Source of the DNA: Octopus sinensis
Taxonomy: Eukaryota
DNA length: 64,000 nucleotides
Direction of reading: 5' to 3'
NCBI RefSeq assembly: GCF_006345805.1
Contig: NC_042997.1
Coordinates: forward strand, 144,646,001-144,710,000
A program made the translations under genes and the position numbers. The number at the start of each line of letters is the position of its first letter. Positions within the stretch are counted from its first letter, which is position 1. Below, one piece after another: positions 12,078-25,617 of this stretch. Under the pieces are notes generated by a model, which saw nothing but the letters and a program-made list of their open reading frames with translations, searched no databases and was not told where the DNA came from.

Positions 12078-12639
12078 TGGTAATTATACATGACAGGCTT
12101 TCAAACAGTTCCTGATCAAATCCTTCTTCCAAGGATTTGTCCTACCCAAGGCCACAATTAAAAACACTTGTCAAATGTGTAGGCAATGGTAATTGAATCG
12201 GGATCCCTAATAGAGCTTCTTAACAGAAGAACCATGACAAGACAGACTTTTCCTTCTCCAAAGTTTCATCCTTCCAACCAGCTCTCTATTTTCTTTTTCA
12301 TCTTTTTTATCTTTTATTTGTTTCAGTTACTGGACTGTGGCCATGCTGGGGCACTACTTTGAAGGGCTCAGTCAGAAAAACTGACTTCAGTTGTTATTTT
12401 AAAGCCTGTTAGTGTGTCAGTCTCTTTTATGCAACAATTACATGCTGCACACCTTCCTGCCAAATACTGCTGTAAACAGTGGGAGTGAGCTAGAACATTA
12501 AAACTTACTGCACATATACAACAGAGTCCAAGGTCAATCTGAGCCAAGTGGCTTCACTCTGTGTGCTTTAACTTTGTTACTATGACGACAGTCCGAATAC
12601 TTATTGATCAAAACATGTATATATATATATATATATATA

Positions 12640-12848
12640 GTTAATCCAAACATGAAAACACAAAGAGAAAACACAACAACGCAAGGACGTAGAACAAATA
12701 TAGTATTATTGGATGCTCAGGAAGGAAGGGAAGAAGGAGGGTTTAACATTTCGAGCAGAGCTCTTCGTCAGAAACATAGGAAAAGGAAAGATCCTGAGAA
12801 GGGAAGACGGAGGAAAAAAAATCAACGGTACACACGTGGTCACATTTT
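12640..12848 (-). mobile_element. Penelope-like pLTR fragment (a family distinct from the other PLEs)
   Basis: Contains an HHR motif at 12741-12775 and sits between (TA)n runs. Confidence 0.55.
12741..12775 (-). ncRNA. Minimal hammerhead ribozyme motif, slightly degenerate
   Basis: GUUU-CUGACGA-A-GAGC(UCU)GCUC-GAAA-UG-UU^-AAAC. Stem I GUUU/AAAC and a 4-bp stem II. Confidence 0.55.
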
Positions 12849-13809
12849 GAATATATATACATATATATATCTACATACAAATATATATATATATTGCATA
12901 CACATATATTGTATACACATACACAAAAAATGGGCTGCTATACAGTTTCCATCTACCAAATTCACTCATTAGTCAGCTTAGGTGCTGTAATAGAAGACAC
13001 ATGCCTATGATACCACACACAATGGTATTGAACCCAAATTCACATGGTTGCAAAGCAAACTTCGTAACCACCTTGTTCTATATCTATTCCACCTTCCCTC
13101 TCCCTCTCAATACCATTCCATTTCCTTTTCCTTTTCTCTTTGCAACAACTCTATCTTACATCAATTGTTTCCCTTTTTTTTCTTTTTTTTTTTCTTTTTG
13201 CTTCGCAATTTCCCAGGTCAATAGCATTTAACACACAATGGTATAAATAGAATATGAAACACTTAACAGATTCATATGTTGTTAATATGGAAGAGAAACA
13301 TTTATTTGTTGGCGATTGTCTAAGATTCAATTAGTTAATATAATTACACAACCAAAGTACGCTACATTCGCACTCTTTTCCTTCCATACCTTTTAGACAG
13401 TATTGAGTAATCAAGCTTAATTCTGTTTTCTTTTCTTGTCATTCATTAACCACAACACATCAGAAAGAGTCTATTTACTACAGAAACTAGGATAGGTCAC
13501 TACTGAAATAAATATATAAATACATAAATATATGTATTTGCGTTTTAGAATGAATGCATGTGAATACGTGTGTGTGTGTCTGTTGGTGTGAATGTGTGTG
13601 AATATGAGTGTGTGTATGTTGGTAAGTGTGAGTGTGTATGTATACATGTGTGTGTGTGTGTGCGCATTACAATAAATATGTATATGCACATGTACGTATT
13701 TATGTACCTATATATATATGTTTCTTTTATTTTTTCTTTTATGTTTCAGCCTTGTGGCTGTGGCCATGCTGGGGGCACTGCTAATGTAATCACCTTTTAA
13801 TTGACTGAC

Positions 13810-14110
13810 TCTACAGGATTGCTTTTCAGTGAAGGAGGGAGTTTGATATCACTGCCCTCTTTTGAGTTTCCTGTCTTGATATTGGTTCATCTGGGATCTT
13901 GGATAGCAAGAGGTCAAGTTGTTTCTTGAAAACATCAACCCCCACTTCATGGAGATCCCTGAGCTGCTTTGGTAAGGAATTAAATAGCTATTGCAGTAAA
14001 TGGTCCTCACCTTCGATGAGGCAGCTAGGACATTTGGAACAGTGTAGTGACGTCCAATTCAGGGTCTGGTGTAGCTTTTGGTTCCAAAGTTTGGTGCCAG
14101 CGCCTCCAGT
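13810..14110 (-). mobile_element. Non-LTR retrotransposon ORF2 C-terminal relic (CR1/L2 group)
   Basis: - strand translates to IGRHYTVPNV...KVRTIYCNS / LFNSLPKQLRDLHEVGVDVFKKQLDLLLSKIPDEP...SNS, a typical LINE ORF2 C-terminus. Confidence 0.7.
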
Positions 14111-14439
14111 ACACATATGTGTATATGTGTGTGCGTTTGTATATATGTAGGCTTATATGTGTGCATGTGTGTGTGTGTGTATGTGTAGAAAGGTGAGTCA
14201 TCTAGTAATTTATAAGCTAGGTTCTGTCTTAGATTTATCAGAAGACTATAAACTCGTGCCCTAGGTGTTGGGAAGACACTCAGCAAGAAATGGAAATAAA
14301 ACTGAAGAAAGAAGTAAAACTCATAATAATAAATAAATAAATAAACGTAAGACTTGGTCTAACAAGCATATCCAGCAAACGAAAACCACCCCAAAACACT
14401 TGACTTTAATAAGATTAGAACTCAGAATGTAAAGTAACC

Positions 14440-15680
14440 TACCCTAACTCTTAAAGAAGCAATGAAAACGGGCTTCTGGGTAAACCAGAATAAGACAGAA
14501 GTTTTGAAGCTGAACACCAGACACCAAGAACCAATTCAAACTGGCACTGAAGCCCTTACAGAGACCATAAAGCTTGTGTATCTCGGCTGCAGCATCTCAA
14601 AGACGGGTGGAGCAGAGGAGGATGTGAGTTCCAGGATTGGCAAGGCATGGTATGCTTTCAAAGCCATCTCATACCAAAAGCTTTCTCCCTCATAAACAAA
14701 ACCCCACATCTTCAATTCCAAGACCGCTCTTCTTTATGAGTCAGAAACTTGGAAGGTCACCAAAGCCATAAAGAGTAATCTACAGACTTTTGTCAACAAA
14801 TGTCTGTAGATCTGGAGGTCAGACAAAAGTCCATACAGAAATCAGTGGGATAAGATAAACCAAACACCCATCAATCAAGAAATTCTGAAAAGGAAATGGG
14901 GTTGGATTGGTCACACTCTTTAGAAAGCTCTCCAAGCAGCATTGCAAGATAAGTGTTAGATTTGCAGCCTGAAGGAAAGATGAAAGCCGGACGAACAAAG
15001 AAGACTGAGAAAGTTTATGATCCCTAACTAGGAAGACTGGAAGATGAAGTAAAAGCAATCTGTCTCCCTTGGTCTGAAATCAAAGAGGTATTCCAAGGTC
15101 GTGTCAACTGGCTTAAACTGGCAGTTTTGGCACAAAGTTGGCAGACACGCTTCTCCTAATCCAAATCTTCTGTGATAATGGACTGAACTGCACCCTAACT
15201 GGGAAAACTGGAAAATGAAGTAAAAGCAATCTGTCTCCCTTGGTCTGAAATCAAAGAGGTATTCCAAGGTCGTGTCAACTGGCATAAACTGGCAGTTTTG
15301 GCACAAAGTTGGCAGACACGCTTCTCCTAATCCAAATCTTCTGTGATAATGGACTGAACTGCACCCTAACTGGGAAGACTGGAAAATGAAGTAAAAGCAA
15401 TCTGTCTCCCTTGGTCTGAAATCAAAGAGGTATTCCAAGGTCGTGTCAACTGGCATAAACTGGCAGTTTTGGCACAAAGTTGGCAGACACGCTTCTCCTA
15501 ACCCAAATCCTCTGTGATAATGGACTGAACTGCACCCTAATTGGGAAGACTGGAAAATGAAGTAAAAGCAATCTGTCTCCCTTGGTCTGAAATCAAAGAG
15601 GTATTCCAAGGTCATGTCAACTGGCATAAAATAGTCGCAACCCTATGCTCCTTATGAAGTAATGTAGACCAACTAACTAA
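14440..15680 (+). mobile_element. RTE-clade LINE 3' fragment (degenerate RT C-terminus)
   Basis: GFWVNQNKTEVLK...YLGCSISKTGGAEEDVSSRIGKAWYAF, LLYESETWKVT, KRKWGWIGHTL; ends IVATLCSL followed by a taactaact tail. Confidence 0.88.
15022..15630 (+). repeat. 171-bp tandem array (~3.6 units), RTE/mariner chimera
   Basis: ccctaa(c/t)t recurs at 15022, 15193, 15364 and 15535. The copies differ by substitutions. Confidence 0.95.
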
Positions 15681-16532
15681 CTCACTGAACATCAGGTAAA
15701 CGGGTTTGTCCATTGCTCTAACAATTTTGCCTCCCACTAATATGTTTCAACTGTAATTATGAACAATTTCATTAGCAATGATATCTTAGATTCAACATAG
15801 CTTTAATAATTTTCTCTTGTTGCTTCTAAAACTGAGATAGATTTGTGTGAATGAAGAAACCTGCCTTTATTCTTATAGCTGTTGTAAATGTTGGTGATTT
15901 CATTACAAGGAGAAAGACAGAAAAAAAAAATTTTGTTACTGTTGTTGTTGTTGTTGCTGTCTGTTATGATTCATTTATTCATAATGAAATAGCTTGTTCC
16001 TGATTTAAATTTTGCTTAAAGCATACATGCACGCACATTTATGCTCATACATACATTCATACCCACGCCCACACATGCATGCATACACACTTAAAAGCAT
16101 ACACAAAAATATACATACATACATGCATACACAACACGATCTTATATATACATATATAAAACACTATATATATATGTGTGTATATAAGTATATAAGACAC
16201 TATATATATAATTATATATATATATATATAGCTATTTTAATTTGATTAAATCAATATTACCATTCAAACTAAGTGAGACAGTGAGTTGTGCATGAAGTCA
16301 TGAAATTGCTCAAAGCAAAGATGTTTTGAATCATGCATTGTTTTTAAGAACTTGGTTAGAGGAACTAAGATGGTAAAGGAACTACCTATTAATAATTTCT
16401 ACTAGCTATGACAAATACATATGACTCATTATTTTACCATAAGCTCTATTATCTTATATAAACCATATGATGTCTTATATTGCAGCATAAAAGGCAAAAT
16501 CCATAATCGTTATGAAAATAATTTCAACTTAC

Positions 16533-16578
16533 TTTATCTTGTACATATGCTGCAGTTGCAATTGTTTTTGCTATTGTG
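16533..16578 (-). CDS. Candidate internal exon (46 nt; xTIAKTIATAAYVQDK) of an unidentified gene
   Basis: Acceptor ctttgaatatttgcag, donor AAA|gtaagt; only one frame is open. No homology recognised. Confidence 0.3.
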
Positions 16579-16850
16579 CTGCAAATATTCAAAGCCATTT
16601 ATATTATTATGCCAAACTATCAACTCTTCTTACATAGCGTATATCTAATTTTAAAAATTTCTTTGAAAAGTGGTATTTTTTTAAAAGTAATTGATGTGTT
16701 CAATATAACAGAAATGTAAAAAAAAAGTTAAAAGTATAGGAGTATAATAAAATAAGCCATCTATTCTACAATATACATATATATACATACATACATACAT
16801 ACATACACACATATACATATATATACATACATACATACATACATACACAC

Positions 16851-16905
<55 letters not shown>

Positions 16906-17739
16906 AACAAATGTTTTTAAAACCTAGAAATTATCTCAGAATGATCTTTATAACACAGCTTGACACAGACCTTATAAAGAAGATTCTAGAGTAAGCACTT
17001 TCATCTATCATCACCTATTCAGAAACATAGCATAAATCAAAGATTTATATATTAACGACAGAGAAAACTGGTCTATATGACATATCTGAAGAGCCAACAA
17101 CAGTCAAAAAGGCTTGCCAAAAATTTTCTTCGTATCTTCCATCCAGTCTGTCTTAGATTTTTTTCAAAGATATTTCTTTAAAATAATTTTTAATTTTTAA
17201 AGAAAGTTTTTGAAATTGATTGATTTCCAATGTCGTCATATAGCAGTCATTGCAACTATATCAAAAAATTTTACCTAAAATCTTTAAATAAACAAGCACT
17301 CACTCACATATCCAAGGTTTACCAAGTGTTGTGTATGAAGTTTAGTAGTTTACAAACAAAAGCTAACATAATGTTAACATAATGTTATGCAACATGTACT
17401 AATGAAGTTTAGTAGTCTACAAACAAAAGCTAACATAATGTTATGCAACATGTACTAAATTTTAACTTTCTTTTTTTGATGTATTAAAATATAAGATACC
17501 AGTTTGATACATGAAATGAAAAGGCTTGCAACGTTCATAGCTCTGACCATCAATCTCAACACATCAGAGAGCATCAGCTTCTTGAATATAGCCATATCTT
17601 CATGCCCAAAGGCAGGAAGGAGCTGAAGGTTTCTAGATTAGGCATATCATCTATTGTCCACAGATAGAACATTCTTAATGACCAGATGTTTACAGGATGG
17701 TCAAGGTTATCCAGCATGCACAAGGCATCATCAATGACA

Positions 17740-18370
17740 GCTCTGGCGGGTTGATGAAAGCCATCTGTTCTACTGATTCCTCTAACCCCAGCATCTCCAT
17801 CAGGTCCTCAGCTCTCCTTTTATCCAATAGTTTCATACCACACATTCCTCTCACCATTGCTCTCTCAGTCCTTCTCAAAACTGCCATTTCACTTTCCCTC
17901 AGAAACCATGTCTCATTCCCATACAGCATTGAAGATCTCACACAGCTCCAATAAACCCTTCCTTTCATCTTCAAGGAGAACCTTTTCCCATATAACAATG
18001 CTCCACATTCCCTGAACTTTATCCAGTCAAGTTTCACTCTTGCTGTCACAGCTGCTTCACATCCACCACTTACATCTATCCTGTCTCCCAAACAACAAAA
18101 CCCTCTCACTCTTTCCACCTCATCACATAGCATTTCCACTGGTTCCACCAGCCCTCCAGCTCCTTTCCCACATCTTCCACAAACAAAATCCCTCGCCAGT
18201 CTTGGGGGTCACCTGCTTCATTTTCATACATCTACCATGAATCCATTTTCCACATTTCATACACAACATCACATTTGCCATTACCCTCCTCCCACACACA
18301 CACCACATGGATCTACCTTATCACCATTGTCTTCCCGAAGTTTACCTTCAAACAGGATGTCACCAGCATG
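17740..18370 (-). mobile_element. RTE-clade LINE fragment
   Basis: CVCGRRVMANVMLCMKCGKWIHGRC and FCCLGDRIDVSGGCEAAVTARVKLDWIKFRECGALL...MLYGNETW...RRTERAMVRGMCG. Confidence 0.9.
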
Positions 18371-19366
18371 CATGCATAGAAAAGTGGACAGGAAAACGAT
18401 GACATTGGTATATGCTACCTGGTTGCATACTTATAGTTGTTATACTTCTCAGGTATGTATTTCAAATAGAAAGTAACAATAAAACTGTAAGGTAATAATC
18501 AAACTGTCTTTATTGTAGTATATATAAATTTCCTTTCTAGTTTATTTCTCACAAGAGACTAATATCACATAATGTAGACCTAGATACATTATGACTGAAT
18601 AATAAAGAGACTAGTTATAGCTGAAATGCCTTTGATCATAGTCTGGCTTGAGCAAAACTGACCTGGGGTTAAATAATAACAGCTGTGTTGAAGAGAAGAA
18701 TAATAATATTTTTCTCTTTAATTCTTACATAGCGTCTGGTACTAATAAATATGTAGAACCATTCTTACAGATTCACATTAAGTAGTGCTTGATAGTATTG
18801 TCACTGTTTAACTCAAGGTCAACACTGATCAAACATACCTCAGATCAAAGGACATTCATATCCACCTCTTTTTTTCTTTCTTTCTTTCTTGGAAAATAGA
18901 TGTAGAAAACAATGATAATGATGATAATATACTGTATCAAGGATGATATCCAATGTAATTTTCTTTTTTTAGAAAAAAGACAGTGTGATTTGATAGAGAT
19001 TTGGCTGTTATTTCACACCACTCAATCAACTGAATATTTATTACAGAAATAAGGATAGAAATATCCTTTTGAGTATATGTAATTATGGTATTAAAGATCT
19101 TGCAAGTTGGCACCGATTCCTCTGCTAAGCTACTTGAGCTTGTTTTCTTTTTTAATTGAAGTCTGCTACTAAAAAATTGACAATCATCAAATTTTTGTTT
19201 ATTACTGTTTCTATAATTATCATTATTTAAGGCAGCAAGCTGGCAGAATCGTTAGCACACCAGCTGAAATGTTTAATGGTATTTTGTCTGTCTTCACATT
19301 CTGAGTTCAAATTCCACCAAGGTTGACTTCACCTGTCATCCTTTTGGGGTCAATAAAATAAGTACC

Positions 19367-19594
19367 TATTTCTTTACTACCCACAAGGGGCTAAACACAG
19401 AGAGGACAAACAAGGACAGACAAACGGATTAAGTTGATTATATCGACCCCAGTAACTGGTACTTAATTTATCGACCCCGAAAGGATAAAAGGCAAAGTCG
19501 ACCTTGGTGGAATTTGAACTCAGAACGTAGCGGCAGACGAAATACCGCTTAGCATTTCATCCAGCATACTAACGATTCTGCCAGGTTGCCGCCT
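19367..19594 (-). mobile_element. SINE family B copy nested in another family B copy
   Basis: ggcggcaacctggcagaatcgttag...ttctgagttcaaattccaccaaggtcgactttgcctttatcctttcggggtcgataaattaagtaccag. 13-bp TSD taaaataagtacc at 19354-19366 and 19595-19607. Confidence 0.85.
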
Positions 19595-20039
19595 TAAAAT
19601 AAGTACCAGTTAAGTACTGGGGTTGATGTAATTGACTTATCCCTTCCCCTGGAATTGCTGGGCTTGCCAAAATTTAAAGTCATTATTATTATTGATTGAG
19701 AGAGCAGTGCATGACATCAAAGTGACACTGGAGTAAAATATACAAAGCCCAGTATACCCATCATGACTACCTGTCTGATAAGGGTACACCAGGCACATGC
19801 ATCACAACCATGCGTGCAATATATTGAACTCATATCAAGTTTAACAGCACATGACTTTGCAGGTGGGACCTAGTTAAAATTTTCATCAGGTTGAGTAGCC
19901 CATCTCATGCAAAAGCTCCCTGAATGAGGGTTGTTTAAGGATGGGGTCAATGTAATCAACTTCCCCCTTCCCTCAAAAACTCTTGGCCCTATGCCAATAT
20001 TATTGTTGTTGTTATTATTATTATTATTATTATCATCAA

Positions 20040-20255
20040 GGTGGTGAGCTGGCAGAATCGTTAGCACACTGGATGAAATATTTAGCAGTATTTCGTCTGC
20101 CACTACATTCTGAGTTCAAATTCCGCCAAGGTTGATTTTGTTTTTCATTCTTTTAGGGTCGATTAAATAAGTACCAGTTACGCACTGGGGCTGATGTAAT
20201 TGACTTAATCCCTTCCCCCAAATTTCAGGCCTAGTGCTTCCAGTAGAGAGGATTA
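20040..20255 (+). mobile_element. SINE family B, representative copy (others near 5220, 34045, 53621, 54037, 54305, 58560)
   Basis: tRNA-like head with gagttcaaattcc B-box and central ggtcgactttgcctttcatcctttcggggtcgataaattaagtaccag domain. Confidence 0.85.
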
Positions 20256-21311
20256 TTATTGTTGTTATTAATGTTGGTTCATTGAATCCATCCTCATAAA
20301 GTAGACTGTCTCAGAAAACTACAAGTCTGACAAAAAGCGTTTCCTGTTTTAAAAAAAAACAAAAACAGGTCACAGTTAATTTTGATATCTCCTTTGCAAA
20401 TTGCAATAAGTATAGCTATTACTATTATTCTCCAATGGGGAATGAAGCATTTAATCTGATTAAACTGATTGGTTTCCAGTGCAATCTTCAAGTAGCAGTC
20501 ATTTTAAAAAAGAGGATATAATGACTGGGTCCCGTCACTCTAAACCAGGAAGCAAATTAAAATCAACTAAAGAAACACCTTTGTTTTATAAATAAACTGA
20601 TAAGATACCAACCAATGTAAAGGATTTGAAAGTATAGAAGGGTAACTGAAGCATTGTCTGGATGAATCTCATGACAAAGATGTTTTTTTGTTGTTTTTGT
20701 TTTGGCAAAGGCTTCATTACTTGATAAGGCTGAGTTGGATATAATTAGTTATTACATCAGCATAATCATGGTGATTACATATATATATATAAGCATACAT
20801 GCATACACACACACACAAACACACTCATACACACATATAGACACACGCACACACACATATATATACAACCCATGCCAATATGGAAAAATGGCTCTTAAAG
20901 GTCGATGATGATCCATATGCACACATACATGTACATATATATATACACATACACAGACACACACACAAACACATACACACACGTTGTTATCTTGAATTTT
21001 CCAGTGTTATTGGTGGTTAAATTGAGAAGTTGAGGTTTTAACTTCACTTTCCAGCAGGTGGGCACCTCATGTGCCCTTATGATATATATAAATATATATT
21101 GGCTGTGTGGTTAGGGAGCTTGCTCCCTAGCTATATGGTTTCGGGTTCAGTCCCACTGCGTGGCACTTTGGGTAGGTGTCTTCTGCTATAGCCCCGAGCC
21201 GACCGAAGCTTTGTGATTGAATTCGGCTGGCGGAAGTTACTGCCATGTGTGTATATGTGCGTGTAGGTGCTTGTGCCTCTCCGAAAGAGAGAGAGAGGGA
21301 TATATATATAT

Positions 21312-21643
21312 GGTAAAGACCCACTGTGGTCATGAATGATCATGGGATTGCACCTCGAAAGTTCCCCTCCAAGGCACAAGTCCAGGCAAGGGTGTTTATA
21401 GAAGACCAGCAGTTGCCCATGCATACCAGTCTCCTCTCTCCAAAACACCAACATTATCCAAAAGAAAGGGGAAGGCTAATCCATCTTGGCATCAGTGATG
21501 ATGCAACTCATTTTACAACTGAGTGAACTGGAGTAATGTGAAATGAAGTGTATTGCTCAAGAACACAACACAATTCAGTTTGGAAATTGAACTCACTACC
21601 TCAAGATTGTGAGCCTGATGCTCTAACCACTGAGTCATGTGCC
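21312..21643 (-). mobile_element. SINE family D (tRNA head plus CORE-like ttgtgttcttgagcaa motif)
   Basis: Head ggcacatgactcagtggttagagcatcaggctcacaatc...gagttcaattcc. A second copy lies at 24211-24555. Confidence 0.8.
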
Positions 21644-21696
<53 letters not shown>

Positions 21697-22126
21697 CAAT
21701 CATCATCATCATTTAATGTCCATCTTTTATGCTGGCATGGGTAGGATGGTTTGAAAGGAGCTGGCTGTGTAGAAGACCACACCAGACTACTGTGTCTGTT
21801 TTGGCATAGTTTTAAAGCTGGATGCCCTTCCTAACACCAACCACTTCTTAGAGTGAACTGAGTAGTATATTTACAAGTAAAAGAGTGGAGATATTGGTAT
21901 TATATTTATTCTTAGGTTATAACTGTTTCAACAACAGAGGAATCAGACAAACCATTTGATATGATAAGAAAACATATAACCAAGAACATAAACAATGATT
22001 ATATAATTTTCAGCAATATCACATCTGACCACTTGTCATTTCATCTAAGCCAAATGAGCAAATCAATACCCATGTACTCGGATGAATACACTTATATTAC
22101 ACACACACATGCACACACATACTCAC

Positions 22127-22362
22127 AATGAGTAGGTGGAGCTTATAGTGTTGTAGTGAGTAAGCAATCGTTTTGACACGGGGTACCTGATTTGCAGAGG
22201 ACAAACTGTATACTAATGATAAAATTGATTGTGACACTTGAGTTATTGACCAGACCAGAAAGTCAGACAGTTGGATGTTGTTGGAGTAGGTAAAGTGGTT
22301 TTTAAATATGGGTGTCAGTAACCAAAGTTGTAAATTAACTGGTATGGATGTATTTAGAGTAA
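22127..22362 (-). CDS. Candidate internal exon (236 nt; xTLNTSIPVNLQLWLL...HYKLHLLI) of an unidentified gene
   Basis: Strong acceptor tttatgtttctttgcag, donor ATT|gtgagt; a single frame is open for 78 codons. Not recognisably repeat-derived. Confidence 0.35.
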
Positions 22363-22794
22363 CTGCAAAGAAACATAAATGAACAAATATACATAGGCAC
22401 ATGCACACATGCTTATCTTTTAATCTTTTACTTGTTTCAGTCTTTGGACTGTGACCATGCTGGGACACCACCTTCAAGGGGTTTTAGTCAAACAAATCAA
22501 CCCCAGTACTTGTTTTGGAAAGACTTCCGCCCATTCCCGCCACCCATTTTCTCCCAAATTTGTAAATTTTTGTAATTATTTTTTGTGACAAATTCCTCTT
22601 TTCAGATATGGAAGTTCCGGAAAATTGCCAAAAATCGGTATTGTGAAATTTCCTCGCTCTCTTTTCCCCCCAACTTCTTCAATTTTTACTTTTTTCCCCA
22701 ACACTAACACTAAAACCCTAAAACCGTTACTCTAACCCTAACCCCGTAACTGTAAGTACAAAAATGTTTTGAAATTTTTTTCCACACATAAAAT

Positions 22795-22965
22795 CACCCA
22801 CTACACTCTCGGAGTGGTTGGCGTTAGGAAGGGCATCCAGCTGTAGAAACACTGCCAGATCTGACTGGCCTGGTGCAGCCTTCGGGCTTGCCAGACCCCA
22901 GTTGAACCGTCCAACCCATGCTAGCATGGAAAGCGGACGTTAAATGATGATGATGATGATGATGA
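22795..22965 (+). mobile_element. SINE family C 3' tail ending in (GAT)n, representative copy (others near 24965, 27030, 31910, 37447, 40845, 41630, 42700, 55740, 62280)
   Basis: ggagtggttggcgttaggaagggcatccagctgtagaaac...ccaacccatgctagcatggaaagcggacgttaaatgatgatgat. Confidence 0.85.
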
Positions 22966-24210
22966 TATTTATAAAAAAAAATCTTTAAAAAAAATTTTAC
23001 AAAGATTTTTGGAAATTTTTTTCAGAATCATAATCTCTGTATATTTCTGCATATTTTGAGGTTTGGCAAAAGAGTCCAATAGAATAAGTACCAAGCTTAC
23101 AAAGCTTACAAAGAATAAGTCGTGGGATCGATTTGTTTGACTAAAAGGCGGTGCCGCAGCATGGTTGCAGTCAAATGACTGAAACAAATAAAAGAATAAA
23201 ATATATATATATCATACACACACACACACAAACAATTATACATACATTTATTTATGCATGCATGCATATATGCACACACACACACACAGACACACAGCAT
23301 GAGTTTCTGTACAGTTTCCACCTACCAAATTTCACTCACAAAGCACCAATCAACACCAGACTATGGCAGAAGACACTGGAATTAATTAGTAAGAGTAACT
23401 ACACAGAGTATGTACTGTGCAGTCATACTTAGTACTGCTCTGAAATATAGCAACATGTGAGATTTTTTTCAGTTATTCGACATGGGAAACTGAACTGATG
23501 AGTATTGTTGCTCTGTAACAAGTGCACACGGTTCATTTATTTCCAAAGATACCAAGACGAAGTAGCAGGAAGTTACTAATTACAATGTAAACAAGACTGT
23601 GCCCAGTACATCTTATAAACATAGAAAGGAGATGTAGTCCAATCTTGATCTGTTGAGAAGTAACAAAATCTGTTGGATTGATTTTAATAAGCTGCTATCT
23701 ATCTATCTATCTATCTATCTATCACTCTATCACTCTCTCTCTCTCTCTATCTATCTATATATATATATGGTTCCTTGTATAGTTTGTTTTTCTATTTGTT
23801 TTCTAAGCTACTTGGTATGAAATCCTGTGTTGAAACAGATGTTGTTGTATATAAAAAGGGTTAAGTTTGCCAATAAAAGCAAAATAATAATAAAATGATA
23901 TTTAATTGAACCAGCGATTGTTGTTATTGGCAAAATGACCCTCCCAAAGTACAGCAATCTCATCCCCATCATTTGATGCCCATTCTTCCTTGCTAGACAG
24001 AATTTGATGGGGCAGATTTTGATAGGGCTGATTTTGATGGGGCTAGTTTCCAAACAAAGTGATATTTTCCTATAGTAGGACATGTTTTACATGGAAGGCA
24101 GGAAATAAACAATTTCACTGGTCATTTATGACTATCATGTGATGTCTTGACAGGGACAGACACAAATACATACATGAAATGGATATAAAATAATGATGAT
24201 TATATATATA

Positions 24211-24555
24211 GGGTAAAGAGTAAGGACCCCTCCACCCCATGTCATGAATGACCGTGAGATTGCACCTGGAAAGTTCCCCTCTTAGGCACAAGCCCAGGCA
24301 AGGTTGTTTATGGAACCCTAGTTATCACTCATGCATTCCAAGCTCCCCTCTCCACACCACTGATGTTATCCAAGGGAAAGGCAAAGGCTGATACAGCTTG
24401 GCACTAGTGACATTGCAACTCATTTCTACAGCTGAGTGACTGGAGACACATGAAATAAAAGTGTCTTGCTCAAAAACACAAAACACAGACTGGTCCAAGA
24501 ATCGAACTCACTACCTCATAGTTGTGAGCTTGATGCTCTAACCACCAAGCCGTGC
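24211..24555 (-). mobile_element. SINE family D copy
   Basis: Colinear with 21312-21643. Confidence 0.8.
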
Positions 24556-25617
24556 ATCATATACAAAATAGATGTTAAAAGATGATGATCATGATGTAAA
24601 TATATATGTGTGCATGTGTGTGTCAATATGTGTGTGTATGTATGTGTGCATGTGTGTAATGGGCTTCTCTCAGTTCCTGTCCACCAAATCCAGTCACAAA
24701 GCGGTAGTAAAAGACACTTCTACACCAAAGTGTCACACAGTGGGACTGAACCTAAAACTACATGGTTGGGAAACATGCTTCCTCACTACACAGCCAGTGT
24801 GCTGATGCTCCAGTATATCCTCAAAACCATTAAGTTTGTGGTACTCCGTCTTTCTGCCACACTCCCAACTACCTTATATATAACTCTAATGGTTCTAGGG
24901 TAACTGTTTCCTGGATAATCATCAATGGACGATTGGCCCTGGACAATCATTCCCATAGGACAATCATCATCATTTGATGTCCGCTTTCCATGCTGGCATG
25001 GGTTGGATGGTTTGACTGAGGACTAGCAAGCCAATAGGCTGCACCAGGCTCCGATCTGATCTGGTATCTACAGCTGGATGCCCTTCCTAATGCCAACCAT
25101 TCCAAGAGTGTAGTGGGTGCTTTTTACATGCCACCGGCATGGGAACCAGTCAGAGGCACTGGAATTGACCACATTTGGATGATGCTTTTTACATGCCACC
25201 GGCATAGGAGCCAGTCAAGTGGTACTGGCATTGACCGCATTCAGATGGTGCTTTTTACATGCTACTGGCACAGGAGCCAGTCAGAGAGCAACCTCAGATA
25301 ATTACTTCCTAAAGAAAACTTAACTCTTTAACATGAAGCTATGAGATAAGGCATGATTAATCCAATAACAAGGTGAATAAATAATCATTACATTCAACAG
25401 AGTAATCTGAATGTTAGTGTTAAGCAAACACAACTAAGGAGGTGCAAAATATATGCTACGAGAATTAATAATGTTTTCTATACATCTTTTACCTTATATA
25501 ACAAGAAGAAAAACTGTAGGTGCAATAAAGATAAATGGCCAACTAATTTACTTTGCAAACATAGGATCCTTGGTTCAATCCTACTGTATGATAGCTTAGA
25601 TAAATGCCACTTTTTAT

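Noticed and set aside
15028-15627. 199-aa ORF as a repeat protein, or the array as CRISPR-like
   Set aside because: The 57-aa periodicity just reflects the 171-bp TE-derived unit. There are no unique spacers or cas genes, and the DNA is eukaryotic.
17335-17458. Two-copy ~56-67-bp local tandem duplication
   Set aside because: Real but an ordinary slippage product with no functional signal.
21580-21643. tRNA genes at SINE heads (also 24490-24555, 25618-25680, 33661-33730)
   Set aside because: A- and B-boxes are present but there is no complete cloverleaf, and each continues into a shared SINE body.
22701-22750. Interstitial telomere
   Set aside because: Only a few degenerate aaccct units embedded in another repeat; not a (TTAGGG)n array.
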